Shown here piece after piece: positions 54,837 through 64,000 of a DNA stretch of 64,000 nt. Position numbers and translations under genes: made by a program. Each line of letters opens with the position of its first letter. Within the stretch, counting starts at the first letter, position 1. The stretch spans positions 155,677 through 219,676 of IMG/VR virus record IMGVR_UViG_3300033182_000674, one strand, 5' to 3'. The notes under the pieces are model-generated. The model made no database searches. It was given only the letters and a program-made list of their open reading frames with translations, and had not been told where the DNA came from.

Positions 54837-55421
54837 ATGAGTAATTTATTTCAAAATTTAGAACAACAAGCATTTAGAGCTGGCATCACGCCTAGGTCTA
54901 ATGAATCAATGGACTGGTTTCGTAAGAAAGCCCAGAAGATTCGTCGCATCAATAGAAAAGAATTGATGAATGAAGATCCACTTGAATTAAGAACTAATAT
55001 GAGACCTGGTAATATGTTTATGTTCTTCTACGATCCTAAACATAAAGAAACTCTACCATATTATGATACGTTCCCTTTGGTTATTATGGTTGATAAAGCG
55101 CCAAAAGGTTTTTATGGATTAAATTTACATTACTTAAATCCAATTCTAAGAGCTAAATTTTTAGACTCATTAATGGATATAACAACTAATGCATCATATG
55201 ATGATTCAACTCGTTTTAAAGTATCGTATGCATTATTAAAGAAAGCCGCAAAGTTTAAGTATTTTAAACCTTGCTTTAAACATTATTTGACTGAACATGT
55301 TAAAAGTCGATTTGCTTATGTGCCAGCACCAGAATGGGAGATTGCTACATTCCTTCCAACAGCTGACTTTAAGAAAGCAAATCCAAATACTGTTTATAGT
55401 CAATCTAGAGGAATGATTTGA
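54837..55421 (+). CDS. gp2: DNA end protector protein gp2
   Basis: PGNMFMFFYDPKHKETLPYYDTFPLV...GFYGLNLHYL...PCFKHYL. Confidence 0.95.
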   Translation: MSNLFQNLEQQAFRAGITPRSNESMDWFRKKAQKIRRINRKELMNEDPLELRTNMRPGNMFMFFYDPKHKETLPYYDTFPLVIMVDKAPKGFYGLNLHYLNPILRAKFLDSLMDITTNASYDDSTRFKVSYALLKKAAKFKYFKPCFKHYLTEHVKSRFAYVPAPEWEIATFLPTADFKKANPNTVYSQSRGMI

Positions 55422-56023
55422 TGCCGAACATAGATCAATTAAAATCAACATTAACAGCTGAAAGTGGATTAGCAAGAACTAATCTATATTCAGTTATACT
55501 ACCATTCATTAATGGTGTTGATATTCGTTCTGATTCATTAAACATCCTCGCAAAGAATATTACACTACCTGGTCGTCAAATTAGTACAAGTGAAAGACAA
55601 ACTGGTACTAAGTTTGAAAAAATGGCATATAACCATTTGGTTGATGATGTAGGTATGACATTTTATGTTACAAATACTTTTAATCTTAAAAGATATTTTG
55701 AAGCTTGGCAAAATCTTACATTTGATCAAGAAACATTTGAATTAAATTTTAAGAAACCAAGTTTTACTACTGGTGCTGATGGTTATGGTAAAACAATTGA
55801 AATTAGACAGTTGTCTAAGTCGTCACCAAACCTTCCACCAACAACAGGTCCTTTTGACCTAATCAAATCATATAATGTAGATGAATCAAAAGATGTTATC
55901 TACACTGTATATCTAGAAGAGGCTTTTCCTACTTCTGTAAATGCTATCGAGTTGGGAAATGAACTTGATGGTTTAGTTGAATTGAATGTGCAATTTTCGT
56001 ATACAAACTGGAGATCTAAATAA
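55418..56023 (+). CDS. Tail tube initiator / tube-like protein (gp54-like)
   Basis: GLARTNLYSV, NITLPGRQI, MTFYV, YFEAWQN, LEEAFPTSVNAIEL...LNVQFSYTNW: gp19/gp54 fold pattern. Confidence 0.75.
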   Translation: MMPNIDQLKSTLTAESGLARTNLYSVILPFINGVDIRSDSLNILAKNITLPGRQISTSERQTGTKFEKMAYNHLVDDVGMTFYVTNTFNLKRYFEAWQNLTFDQETFELNFKKPSFTTGADGYGKTIEIRQLSKSSPNLPPTTGPFDLIKSYNVDESKDVIYTVYLEEAFPTSVNAIELGNELDGLVELNVQFSYTNWRSK

Positions 56024-56733
56024 TGGCTTTACCAATTTTAAATGATAAACCCAAATATGTTATGACACTTCCTTCCACTGGAAAGGAAATAAAATATAGA
56101 CCATATTTGGTCAGAGAAGAAAAGATTTTAATGGTTGCATTAGAATCACAAGACAAAGCAGCGGCAATGAATGCAATTGTTGATACCATTGCTGCTTGTA
56201 TCTATGACGATATCAATAAGAATGCATTAACCGTATTCGATATTGAATATATGTTTTTAAAGATTAGATCTAAATCTGTTGGTGAAAAGATTCAGATCGG
56301 TCTAAGATGTACTAACTGTGAAGAAGTTAATGAAGTAGAAGTAGATATTGAAAAACTACCTTTACCTAAAGTTGAAAGTAAAGAAGTTTTTGTTGATATT
56401 ACAGATGATATCGTACTTAAAATGAAATATCCTAACTTTAAAGATATGGCCGAATTAGAAAAGAATACTAATTTGTCTGATACAGATAAAACATTTAAAC
56501 TCATTATTAGTTGTATGGATTCTATCCAAACCGGTGATGAGAATATTCTTATTAAAGATGAAAAAGAAGCTGATGTGATGAACTTTATTGAATCATTAAA
56601 CACTGCACAATTTAATAAGATTAAAGATTATGTTGAAGCAATGCCAAGAGTTGAATATGATATTGACTTTAAGTGTACAGGTTGTGGTACAGAAAATCAT
56701 GGTGAATTAAGAGGCGTTGAAGATTTTTTTTAA
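56023..56733 (+). CDS. gp26: Baseplate hub assembly protein gp26
   Basis: MALPIL...PKYVMTLPSTGKEIKYRPYLVREEKILMVA, DIEYMFLKIRSKSVGE, C-terminal CTGC...LRGVEDFF. Confidence 0.93.
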   Translation: MALPILNDKPKYVMTLPSTGKEIKYRPYLVREEKILMVALESQDKAAAMNAIVDTIAACIYDDINKNALTVFDIEYMFLKIRSKSVGEKIQIGLRCTNCEEVNEVEVDIEKLPLPKVESKEVFVDITDDIVLKMKYPNFKDMAELEKNTNLSDTDKTFKLIISCMDSIQTGDENILIKDEKEADVMNFIESLNTAQFNKIKDYVEAMPRVEYDIDFKCTGCGTENHGELRGVEDFF

Positions 56734-56912
56734 TAGCTCTTTCCCATGATAATCTAGTTAATTATTATAAGACTAATTTTCAAATGATGCAACATCATCA
56801 TTATAGTCTAACAGAACTTGAAAATATGATGCCGTGGGAAAGAGAGATTTACATTACTCTTCTTATCGCACACATCGAAGAAGAGAATGAACGACTTAAA
56901 AAGCAACAGTAA
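56733..56912 (+). CDS. gp51: Baseplate hub assembly catalyst gp51 (short form; start uncertain, first ATG at 56784)
   Basis: Not in the ORF track. Reads IALSHDNLVNYYKTNFQMMQHHHYSLTELENMMPWEREIYITLLIAHIEEENERLKKQQ, the typical short gp51 signature; frame open from 56721. Confidence 0.85.
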   Translation: MALSHDNLVNYYKTNFQMMQHHHYSLTELENMMPWEREIYITLLIAHIEEENERLKKQQ

Positions 56913-56916
56913 TTAA

Positions 56917-56924
56917 TATAAATA
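56917..56924 (+). promoter_or_regulatory. T4-type late promoter TATAAATA
   Basis: Exact consensus 28 nt upstream of ATG 56952. Confidence 0.8.
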
Positions 56925-56951
56925 GTAAAAAGTATTTTTAGGAATTAACAA

Positions 56952-59453
56952 ATGACAAGATCAAGAGACATATCTGCATTACTTGGTAGTACAGGTACGA
57001 TTACAGCAAGTGTTTTAGATGCATCGGTTTCTGAAGCATTAGGTGGTGGTACTGATACGTATGATTCTGTAGCAACGTTACCATTAACAGGTAATGATGC
57101 AGGTGATCAAGCATTTGTATCTGAAAATAATCGTTTATATCTTTGGAACGGTTCTGGTTGGTATAATATCGCTTTGATTAATACCGCACCGAGCATCACT
57201 GGTGGTGGCGCTGGTTCATACGAACTAGCTATTGATGGTACACCAACAGTTATTACATTAACTGCTACAGATCCAGAAGGTTTACCTATTACTTGGTCTT
57301 ATAGTGTTACTTCAGGCTCTCTAGGTTCAACAGCTACTGTATCTCAAGTAGATAATGTATTTACTATTACTCCAAGTACTAGTACATCTGATCAAGGAGA
57401 ATTTACTATAACATTTACTGCTTCAGATGGTGTAAATATTGCTACTGATGTGAATAGCTTCTCATTAAACTTTCTATCTGCACTATGGAGTGAGGTAGCA
57501 TTAAGTATTGGAACATCATCTACAAATAGTTTAAATAATTCTACATTTGTTGATCGATCTACTAATGCACATACAGTAACACCATCTGGATCTCCAGTAC
57601 AGACCGCATTCAATCCATATTTAGATACATGGTCAACTTATTTTGATGGATCCACTCGAGCTTATCTTAATAATAATCCTTTTCAAATTACAACCGGCGA
57701 ATTCACAATTGAAGCTTGGATCAAAGCACCTATCAATCGATCAGAAACTAAGATGATTATTGAGAATACTAATTGGAATACAGGCGATAATGGTGGATGG
57801 AGAGCACAGGTAAATGCTGATGGTACGATTGGTATTAATGCATCAGTAGGTGTTTGGAATGACTTCCCAGCTATTACTGCATCAACTCAAACTATTAATG
57901 AAGGAGAATGGAATCACATCGCATTTGTTAGGAATGCATCTAATGAAGTTTCAATCTATATTAATGGAGTTCAAGATACAGCTTCGATTGTGACTCATGC
58001 AACATCTTTAAATTTATTTGGAGATAATGATGGAACACTAGAAACACTTTACTCACGAATTGGTTATCATGGGGCCGATGGTGGTGTATACAACGTATTT
58101 TCTGGATATATGTCTACAATTAGAGTCTCGACTGTTTGCCGATATACTTCAACGTTTGATCCTTTAAGTGCAGATTACAGCGCAGATGCTAATACAAAAT
58201 GCTTATTATTACACACAAGCGATGCATCTTTTACAGAAGGAACCTCTTCTGAAGTACCAGTGTGGACAGGAACTCCCGTTACTAGAGGAGGATATGATTT
58301 ATCTGAGTATACTTCATCAACAAATTATGGTTCTGTATATTTAGACAACAATTCATATATAACAGTTCCGACTAATATTACTATATCTAATACTGCTACA
58401 ATTAGTTGTTGGGTGAATCCAAATCAAATTTCATCATCAGAAGATCCAATATTTAAATTTTATGATGGATCTTCTCCCGTAGAATTTCGTCAGACTTCAA
58501 ACGATTTAAATGTTGCAGTTGGTAGCAACTGGACACATACTGTTCAAGATGTATTTAGAGTTGGAGAATGGGTACACATTGCTGTAACTAAAAATGGTAC
58601 CAATAGTAATTTATTTGTAAATGGCATATTAGTATCTTCATCTACAAGTGCAACAAATGGAATAATTAGTTTTGCTGGCCCAAATAGAATTGGAGCTAAT
58701 CAAACTAATTCTTACTATTTTCATGGAACAATATCCGATTTTAAAATAAGTACAACTGAAGATTATACTACAAACTTTACTCCACCAACAGCACCAGTTG
58801 GAAACACAAACGCAGAACTGTATCTTCCAATGGATAATGCAGGAATTTTCGATAAGACTGGAAATAATACTCTAACACTTGGTGGTAACGCAGCTACTTC
58901 TACAACTCAGACTAAGTTTGCTGATACTTCTATGTATTTTGATGGTACTGGGGATTATATCTCAGTAAATGATTTTCCACCAATTGGATCGGGTGACTAC
59001 ACAATGGAGTTTTGGATGAACGGATCATCTGTAGATGCATCAGGAACATGGCAATCTTTATTAAGTAGGGATTACGCAAACACAGATGGGTTTAGACTTT
59101 ATAAAAAAGATGCTGCAGCTGAACTAGTATTCTATAATGGTAGTACTGCAACTGCAACTACTGTAAGTGCAGGATTAACTAATAATACATGGCATCATAT
59201 CGCAGTAGTTAGAAATAGTGGCACTTTAGACATATACGTTGATGGTGTTTCAAAGGTATCAGTATCAAACTCTACTAATATTTCTGAAGCAGTTCAACCA
59301 ATAAACATTGGTGGTAATACTGGAGAAGCATCGAGCTATCCATTTACAGGATACTTAGAAAATGTACAAATACTTATAGGTGTCGCTAAATACACTACAA
59401 ACTTTACATCTCCTACTAGAACTCAAGGTAGAACTTTCCAGGCGGAATCATAA
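56952..59453 (+). CDS. Virion appendage protein: shared N-terminal/Ig-like module plus LamG/concanavalin A-like domains (833 aa)
   Basis: FTIEAWIK...WNHIAFVR, ATISCWV...WVHIAVTK, YTMEFW...WHHIAVVRNSGTLDIYVDG: three LamG-like repeats. Confidence 0.8.
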   Translation: MTRSRDISALLGSTGTITASVLDASVSEALGGGTDTYDSVATLPLTGNDAGDQAFVSENNRLYLWNGSGWYNIALINTAPSITGGGAGSYELAIDGTPTVITLTATDPEGLPITWSYSVTSGSLGSTATVSQVDNVFTITPSTSTSDQGEFTITFTASDGVNIATDVNSFSLNFLSALWSEVALSIGTSSTNSLNNSTFVDRSTNAHTVTPSGSPVQTAFNPYLDTWSTYFDGSTRAYLNNNPFQITTGEFTIEAWIKAPINRSETKMIIENTNWNTGDNGGWRAQVNADGTIGINASVGVWNDFPAITASTQTINEGEWNHIAFVRNASNEVSIYINGVQDTASIVTHATSLNLFGDNDGTLETLYSRIGYHGADGGVYNVFSGYMSTIRVSTVCRYTSTFDPLSADYSADANTKCLLLHTSDASFTEGTSSEVPVWTGTPVTRGGYDLSEYTSSTNYGSVYLDNNSYITVPTNITISNTATISCWVNPNQISSSEDPIFKFYDGSSPVEFRQTSNDLNVAVGSNWTHTVQDVFRVGEWVHIAVTKNGTNSNLFVNGILVSSSTSATNGIISFAGPNRIGANQTNSYYFHGTISDFKISTTEDYTTNFTPPTAPVGNTNAELYLPMDNAGIFDKTGNNTLTLGGNAATSTTQTKFADTSMYFDGTGDYISVNDFPPIGSGDYTMEFWMNGSSVDASGTWQSLLSRDYANTDGFRLYKKDAAAELVFYNGSTATATTVSAGLTNNTWHHIAVVRNSGTLDIYVDGVSKVSVSNSTNISEAVQPINIGGNTGEASSYPFTGYLENVQILIGVAKYTTNFTSPTRTQGRTFQAES

Positions 59454-59468
59454 GAAGGATAATCGATA

Positions 59469-60938
59469 ATGGCATCTAAATCACTATACTTATCGTCTCT
59501 AATCGGTGCTGATAATAAAGTAGCAGCTGAATCTCTTTCAGCAGATATTCCATTAGGTACTGAAGATTATTCAACCGCCAATGATTTACCTGCAACTGGT
59601 AATCAAGTAGGTGATCAAGCATTTGTTGCGTCAACACAAAGATTGTATATCTGGACTGGCGCAGGCTGGTATAATATTGCTTTAATCAATCAAACACCAA
59701 CGTGGGATTCAGGTGGTCAGCCAGAAGTAGAATACGAATTAGATTCTATCGGCGGTACTGCTACTTCAATCATACTATCAGCTACTGACCCTGATGGTCT
59801 ACCAATTGAATGGACTTATTCGATTACAGATTCAGGTAATGATCTTGCGACTATTACGAACGATTCAAATGGTACATTTACGATTACTGCAAAATCATTA
59901 GATGACATATTAAATGCAGGTTATGATTCAGAAGGCGGAGTATTTGATATTACCTTTAGAGCAAGTGATGGGGTAAACCTTGCAACTGCTTTATCAACAT
60001 TTACTCTTTCATTTAGTGCTGCACTTTCTTTCCAGGGAACAAGCTATGGATATATTTCAGGCGCATCTAATGGTGCTACTATTGAAAAATTCTCTATAGC
60101 TTCTGATGGTAATTCAACTACTATTGGAAATATGACACTTGATACTTATAAAAGAGTTGGTGCAACTGCTGTTGATGCTGGTTTTTCTGCTGGTGATAGA
60201 AGTAGTCCTGCAACAGCAACAATTGATAGATTCCCATTTGCATCAGATACTAACGCAACAAACGTAGGTTCAACAACGACGACAAGAGAACGTTTAGGCT
60301 TTGCTAATACATCAGTATTAACACAATATGGATATTTGTCTGGTGGTTATTATGGACCAGTTTGGCCTCAAATAGTAAACACAATTGAAAAATACGCTTT
60401 TGCTAATACAATTACTTCATCAAACGTTGGTAATTTAGCTGAAAGTACAAGGTATAGTGAAACACAATGTTCCCTTGATAATGGATATTCATCTGGCGGG
60501 TGGGGTACACCAGGCAATAACCAATATATCAGTTTAATTCAAAAGTTTCCATTTTCCGCAGATACCAATGCATCAAGCATTGGTAATTTAAGTAATAATA
60601 GAGATCCGGCTGCAGGTGCATCTTCTCTTACAGATGGGTATGCAATGGCTGGAACCAGTGGTGGACCAGCTGGTAGTAATTATTTAGATATTCAAAAATT
60701 CCCATTTGCCACAAGTGTCACCAGATCGACCGTTGGTAGTTTATATAATCAATCTAGAGATGGTGCAGGAATAAGCGGTGATACATATGGATATTTAGCT
60801 GGAGGTTATGCGCCTGAAGCGCCATATACTGGTTATTACCCATTGATAGTCAAATTTTTATACGCGTCTGAGGGAACTAAAGCTCAGGTCGGATCAATAG
60901 CTGCTGATAGTCTAGATCATGCTGGTCACCAAATTTAA
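59469..60938 (+). CDS. Virion appendage protein: shared N-terminal module plus Kelch-like propeller repeats (489 aa)
   Basis: About six repeats of GYxxGG...IEKFPFASDTNAxxVGxL. Confidence 0.75.
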   Translation: MASKSLYLSSLIGADNKVAAESLSADIPLGTEDYSTANDLPATGNQVGDQAFVASTQRLYIWTGAGWYNIALINQTPTWDSGGQPEVEYELDSIGGTATSIILSATDPDGLPIEWTYSITDSGNDLATITNDSNGTFTITAKSLDDILNAGYDSEGGVFDITFRASDGVNLATALSTFTLSFSAALSFQGTSYGYISGASNGATIEKFSIASDGNSTTIGNMTLDTYKRVGATAVDAGFSAGDRSSPATATIDRFPFASDTNATNVGSTTTTRERLGFANTSVLTQYGYLSGGYYGPVWPQIVNTIEKYAFANTITSSNVGNLAESTRYSETQCSLDNGYSSGGWGTPGNNQYISLIQKFPFSADTNASSIGNLSNNRDPAAGASSLTDGYAMAGTSGGPAGSNYLDIQKFPFATSVTRSTVGSLYNQSRDGAGISGDTYGYLAGGYAPEAPYTGYYPLIVKFLYASEGTKAQVGSIAADSLDHAGHQI

Positions 60939-60948
60939 GGAATAAGAA

Positions 60949-62292
60949 ATGGCATCATCAAACGCAAGAAATTTAGGTAACTTACTTGGTACAAGTGAAA
61001 CCATTACAGCAACAAAACTTTCAACTGAAGTTTCAGAATCTTTAGGTGGTGGTACTGATGCATATGATTCTGCAGCAACATTACCATTAACGGGTAATGA
61101 AGTTGGTGATCAAGCATATGTTCAAGCAACTAATCGTTTATATCTTTGGAATGGTACTGGCTGGTACAATATTGCTTTAATTAACACTGCACCAGAAATT
61201 ACTAGTGGTGGTACTGGTGCGTACGCACTTGCAATAGATGGTACACCAACTGTTATAACTTTAGAAGCGACTGATCCAGAAGGAATACCAATTAATTGGT
61301 CTTATTCAGTTACTTCTGGATCATTAGGCACAACAGCTACTGTATCTCAAGCAGATAATGTATTTACGATTACACCAGGAACAAATGATCCAGTAGATGC
61401 CGGAACATTTGAATTAACATTTACTGCTTCCGATGGTGTAAATATTGCTACTGATGTTAATTCATTCACTTTAGCATTTGAAGAACCAGCTGTGGTATTT
61501 AGTCCTGCTCTTGCAGATGCAACAACAGAATGGAATCTAGTAACTGGCGCTTCTTCTTATACAATAACAGATACAACTGAAAGAACTATAACCAATAATA
61601 CCTCAGCTAACATCGAATTACAATTCGATGTACAGGGTGCGGCAGGTGGCGGAAACACACCACAACTTGGTGGTAGAGCAATTGGTACGTTTACAATTCC
61701 AGCAAATAGCTCAATTAAAATGTGGGTTGGTGCTAATGGTAACTCAATGGGTGGAGGTGGAGCCGCTTCTGCTATATACAGTTCATCTAATGCAGATACT
61801 GCTTACATAGTTGCTGGCGGAGCCGGTGGCGGTGGTGGTGGAAGAGATGCTTCATCTAACTTAACATATAACGGTGGTACTGGTGGTGGTGCTGCTGGTA
61901 ATACTGGTACTGAAAACACCGGTATTGCGGGTGGGCCAGCAACACCAGGAGGCGGAGGTACACAAACCGCTGGTGGCTCTGGTGGCGCTGGTGGTCGAGG
62001 CGATGGACAAAGTGGATCATTCAGACAAGGTGGCAATGGTAGTGGTAATTCATCATCATACGCAGGTGGCTCTGGTTGGGCTCCAGGCGGAGATGGTCGT
62101 TTATTATCGGGAGATGGTGTACAAGGCGGTGGTGGCGGTGGCTACTATGGCGGCGGTGGTTCAGGGGCAGCGTCAGCCGGTTCTGGCGGCGGCGGTGGTT
62201 CTGGCTTCATTGGTAATGGAGCAACTGCTACATCTAATACAACAGGTGGTGCTGAGCAAACATCTGGTAAGATAGTAATTACGGTGGTTTAA
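60949..62292 (+). CDS. Virion appendage protein: shared N-terminal module plus glycine-rich domain (447 aa)
   Basis: N-terminus near-identical to the 833-aa protein; VQGAAGG...YIVAGGAGGGGG...GGGGGYYGGGG...GGGGGSGF glycine-rich signature. Confidence 0.8.
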   Translation: MASSNARNLGNLLGTSETITATKLSTEVSESLGGGTDAYDSAATLPLTGNEVGDQAYVQATNRLYLWNGTGWYNIALINTAPEITSGGTGAYALAIDGTPTVITLEATDPEGIPINWSYSVTSGSLGTTATVSQADNVFTITPGTNDPVDAGTFELTFTASDGVNIATDVNSFTLAFEEPAVVFSPALADATTEWNLVTGASSYTITDTTERTITNNTSANIELQFDVQGAAGGGNTPQLGGRAIGTFTIPANSSIKMWVGANGNSMGGGGAASAIYSSSNADTAYIVAGGAGGGGGGRDASSNLTYNGGTGGGAAGNTGTENTGIAGGPATPGGGGTQTAGGSGGAGGRGDGQSGSFRQGGNGSGNSSSYAGGSGWAPGGDGRLLSGDGVQGGGGGGYYGGGGSGAASAGSGGGGGSGFIGNGATATSNTTGGAEQTSGKIVITVV

Positions 62293-62295
62293 TAA

Positions 62296-64000
62296 ATGGC
62301 AACTATACAAGATGTTGTAAACGAATTAGAAAACAACAGAACAGATCAAGAGAAATATTCTTATATTGCTTCAGAAGAAAGAAGTAATATTGTTTCTGCT
62401 GTTCAAGAGTTAAATAAAACATTTACATCATCTATTAATGGATTAACCGATGGGTTAAAAAACATTACTGTTAAAACTGGTTTCAAATTTAAGATTCCTG
62501 GATTAGAAGCACTAAAGTCTGGTATTACTGATAATGTTATTGTTAAATCAATTAAGAGTGCAATCAGTGGTGTCAAAGATGCTTTCTTAGCGCCATTCGC
62601 ATTAGTAAAAGAGACTATGACACTTGTTAAAGATTCTTTTATGACTGCATTAAAAGGTTTTGGCAGTATTATCTTATCACCATTCAAAGCAATCAAAAAC
62701 TTCTTTGGTAATAAAGATGAAAGAGAAGAACTTGGTGTATTAAAATCTATTGATAAAAATACTGGTGCTCTTAATAAAAACTTTGAGCGCTGGATTGAAA
62801 TAATGGCTAGCCAAGAGTTAGATAAAGCTGAACAAGAAAGAGAAGCAGGAAAAAGAAAAGATAAAGACGGAAAAGAGCAAAAACCTGGAATGTTTGATAA
62901 GCTACTTGGCAATAAAGGCAAGAGTATGCTTAAAGGACTACCAGAATTCGGTGCAGGTTTAGTCTTAGTATCTGGTGCTTTATGGGTTGCATCAAAAGCA
63001 TTTGCATCATTTGGTGATGTTGGTTGGGGTGATGTTGGTAAAGGTTTACTTGTTCTTGGTGGTTTCGTTGCTTTAGGTAAATCATTAGAATTAATGAAAG
63101 GCTCTCTCATAAAAGCAGCTTTAGGTTTTGGTGTATTTGCAGCTGCCACTTGGGGAGTAAGTAAAGCACTTGGTGAATTCGGTAATGTTGATTGGAGTAC
63201 GATTGCGAAAGCAGTGGTTGTTCTAGGTGGAATAACACTAGCCGCTACAGCAATGAGTGCTGCCGCAGTTCCAATGGCTATTGGTGCTGCTGGTTTAACC
63301 GCTATTGGTGGTGCTGTTTGGGTCATCGGAAAGGGCTTCCAGGAGCTCGGAGATTCATTCAATATGTTCATTGATAGTGTAGTAAGGCTATCAGAAGTTG
63401 GGTTCGCTGGCCTAGCTGGAGTGGCCGGTGGACTAGGTTTATTGGCCCCTGCTTTAGTAGCATTTGGTGCTGGTGCTGGATTATCTGGATTTATGAGTCT
63501 ATTTGGTGGTGGAAGTCAATTAGATAATCTTGCTAAATTAGCAGAACACGGTGATGGTATTGGTAAAGCGGCAAGTGGTTTAAAGAAACTCGCAGAAGCA
63601 TTAAAAGAATTGGCTAAGGTGCCAAGTAATGCAATGGATGCTATTAATGATTTCCCTTGGTTAAGAGCAACTGCATTTGTTGCAGCTGGTGGATCAATGG
63701 AAGTAAGTGGTGCTAAAGTATATGCTAAAAGTAATGATGCACCACCAAGTGTAGAAAAAACAGTTACGAAAGCAGAAGCGGTTAAACAAATTGCAGCTAA
63801 GACACCAAGTGGTTCAACTGAATGGACACCAATGTCTCATAAAGATCCCAATTATAAAGGACCACAAAAAGCTACTGTTTTAGGTAAAGGTGCTTTAACA
63901 AAAGAACAAATTCGTGAAGGTATTAAAGACGGATCTATAAAAAGATCACTTGGTAATAAAGCGCTTAAAGTAATTGATATGAAAGAAAAAGCGCATAAGG
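62296..64000 (+). CDS. Partial tape-measure-like / gp29-like protein, runs off the right edge
   Basis: ATG at 62296 (MATIQDVVNELENN...) with no stop seen to the window end; Ala/Gly-rich amphipathic helical repeats with periodic Trp (GDVGWGDVGKG, GNVDWSTIAKA); not in the ORF track. Confidence 0.7.
   Translation, partial: MATIQDVVNELENNRTDQEKYSYIASEERSNIVSAVQELNKTFTSSINGLTDGLKNITVKTGFKFKIPGLEALKSGITDNVIVKSIKSAISGVKDAFLAPFALVKETMTLVKDSFMTALKGFGSIILSPFKAIKNFFGNKDEREELGVLKSIDKNTGALNKNFERWIEIMASQELDKAEQEREAGKRKDKDGKEQKPGMFDKLLGNKGKSMLKGLPEFGAGLVLVSGALWVASKAFASFGDVGWGDVGKGLLVLGGFVALGKSLELMKGSLIKAALGFGVFAAATWGVSKALGEFGNVDWSTIAKAVVVLGGITLAATAMSAAAVPMAIGAAGLTAIGGAVWVIGKGFQELGDSFNMFIDSVVRLSEVGFAGLAGVAGGLGLLAPALVAFGAGAGLSGFMSLFGGGSQLDNLAKLAEHGDGIGKAASGLKKLAEALKELAKVPSNAMDAINDFPWLRATAFVAAGGSMEVSGAKVYAKSNDAPPSVEKTVTKAEAVKQIAAKTPSGSTEWTPMSHKDPNYKGPQKATVLGKGALTKEQIREGIKDGSIKRSLGNKALKVIDMKEKAHK

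Noticed and set aside
3086-61810. Numerous 60-160-aa ORFs nested in or antisense to long genes (e.g. 3086..3349, 10915..11139, 39999..40283, 41077..41451, 43764..44237, 56292..56603)
   Set aside because: Alternate-frame or antisense shadows of well-supported CDSs, with low-complexity Leu/Ile/Met-rich translations and no motifs
62403-63371. 322-aa minus-strand ORF in the track
   Set aside because: Antisense shadow of the tape-measure-like plus-strand gene; no start context and composition mirrors the opposite strand
1-64000. tRNA, rRNA, introns, inteins, homing endonucleases, stop-codon reassignment, rho-independent terminators
   Set aside because: None seen by eye; long ORFs close properly under the standard code and intergenic gaps are short without clear GC hairpin plus U-tract

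Overview
An AT-rich, gene-dense segment of a T4-like myophage of the environmental (marine cyanophage/pelagiphage-type) kind, covering the late virion-morphogenesis region. The minus strand (54253 down to 1) carries gp48, gp53, a baseplate hub gene, a gp5 split over three genes with two different cell-wall hydrolases, gp25, gp6, gp7-like, gp8, an Mtd_N-type fibre, a DUF4815/VrlC-like protein, several fibre proteins and a giant 4627-aa repeat-rich fibre. The plus strand (54317 to the end) carries gp4, gp2, gp54-like, gp26, gp51, three paralogous constant-N/variable-C appendage proteins and a truncated tape-measure-like gene. T4-type late promoters (TATAAATA) sit in front of several blocks. The standout feature is an 11-gene, 8.5-kb cassette (23602..32111) inserted between two paralogous fibre genes. 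It encodes four radical SAM enzymes with SPASM/twitch-type Cys tails, three Fe(II)/2-oxoglutarate-type oxygenases (one JmjC/cupin), three orphan proteins and a 319-aa protein ending in CHSSCHSSCHGSRGRR. I interpret it as a phage-encoded RiPP-like protein-modification system, possibly acting on a virion protein. Other notable signals are an Asp-Ser motif pervading the structural proteins and a U8 slippery site that could fuse gp26 to gp51. All family assignments are from motif recognition by eye; no database searches were run, and host and taxonomy cannot be fixed from this window.
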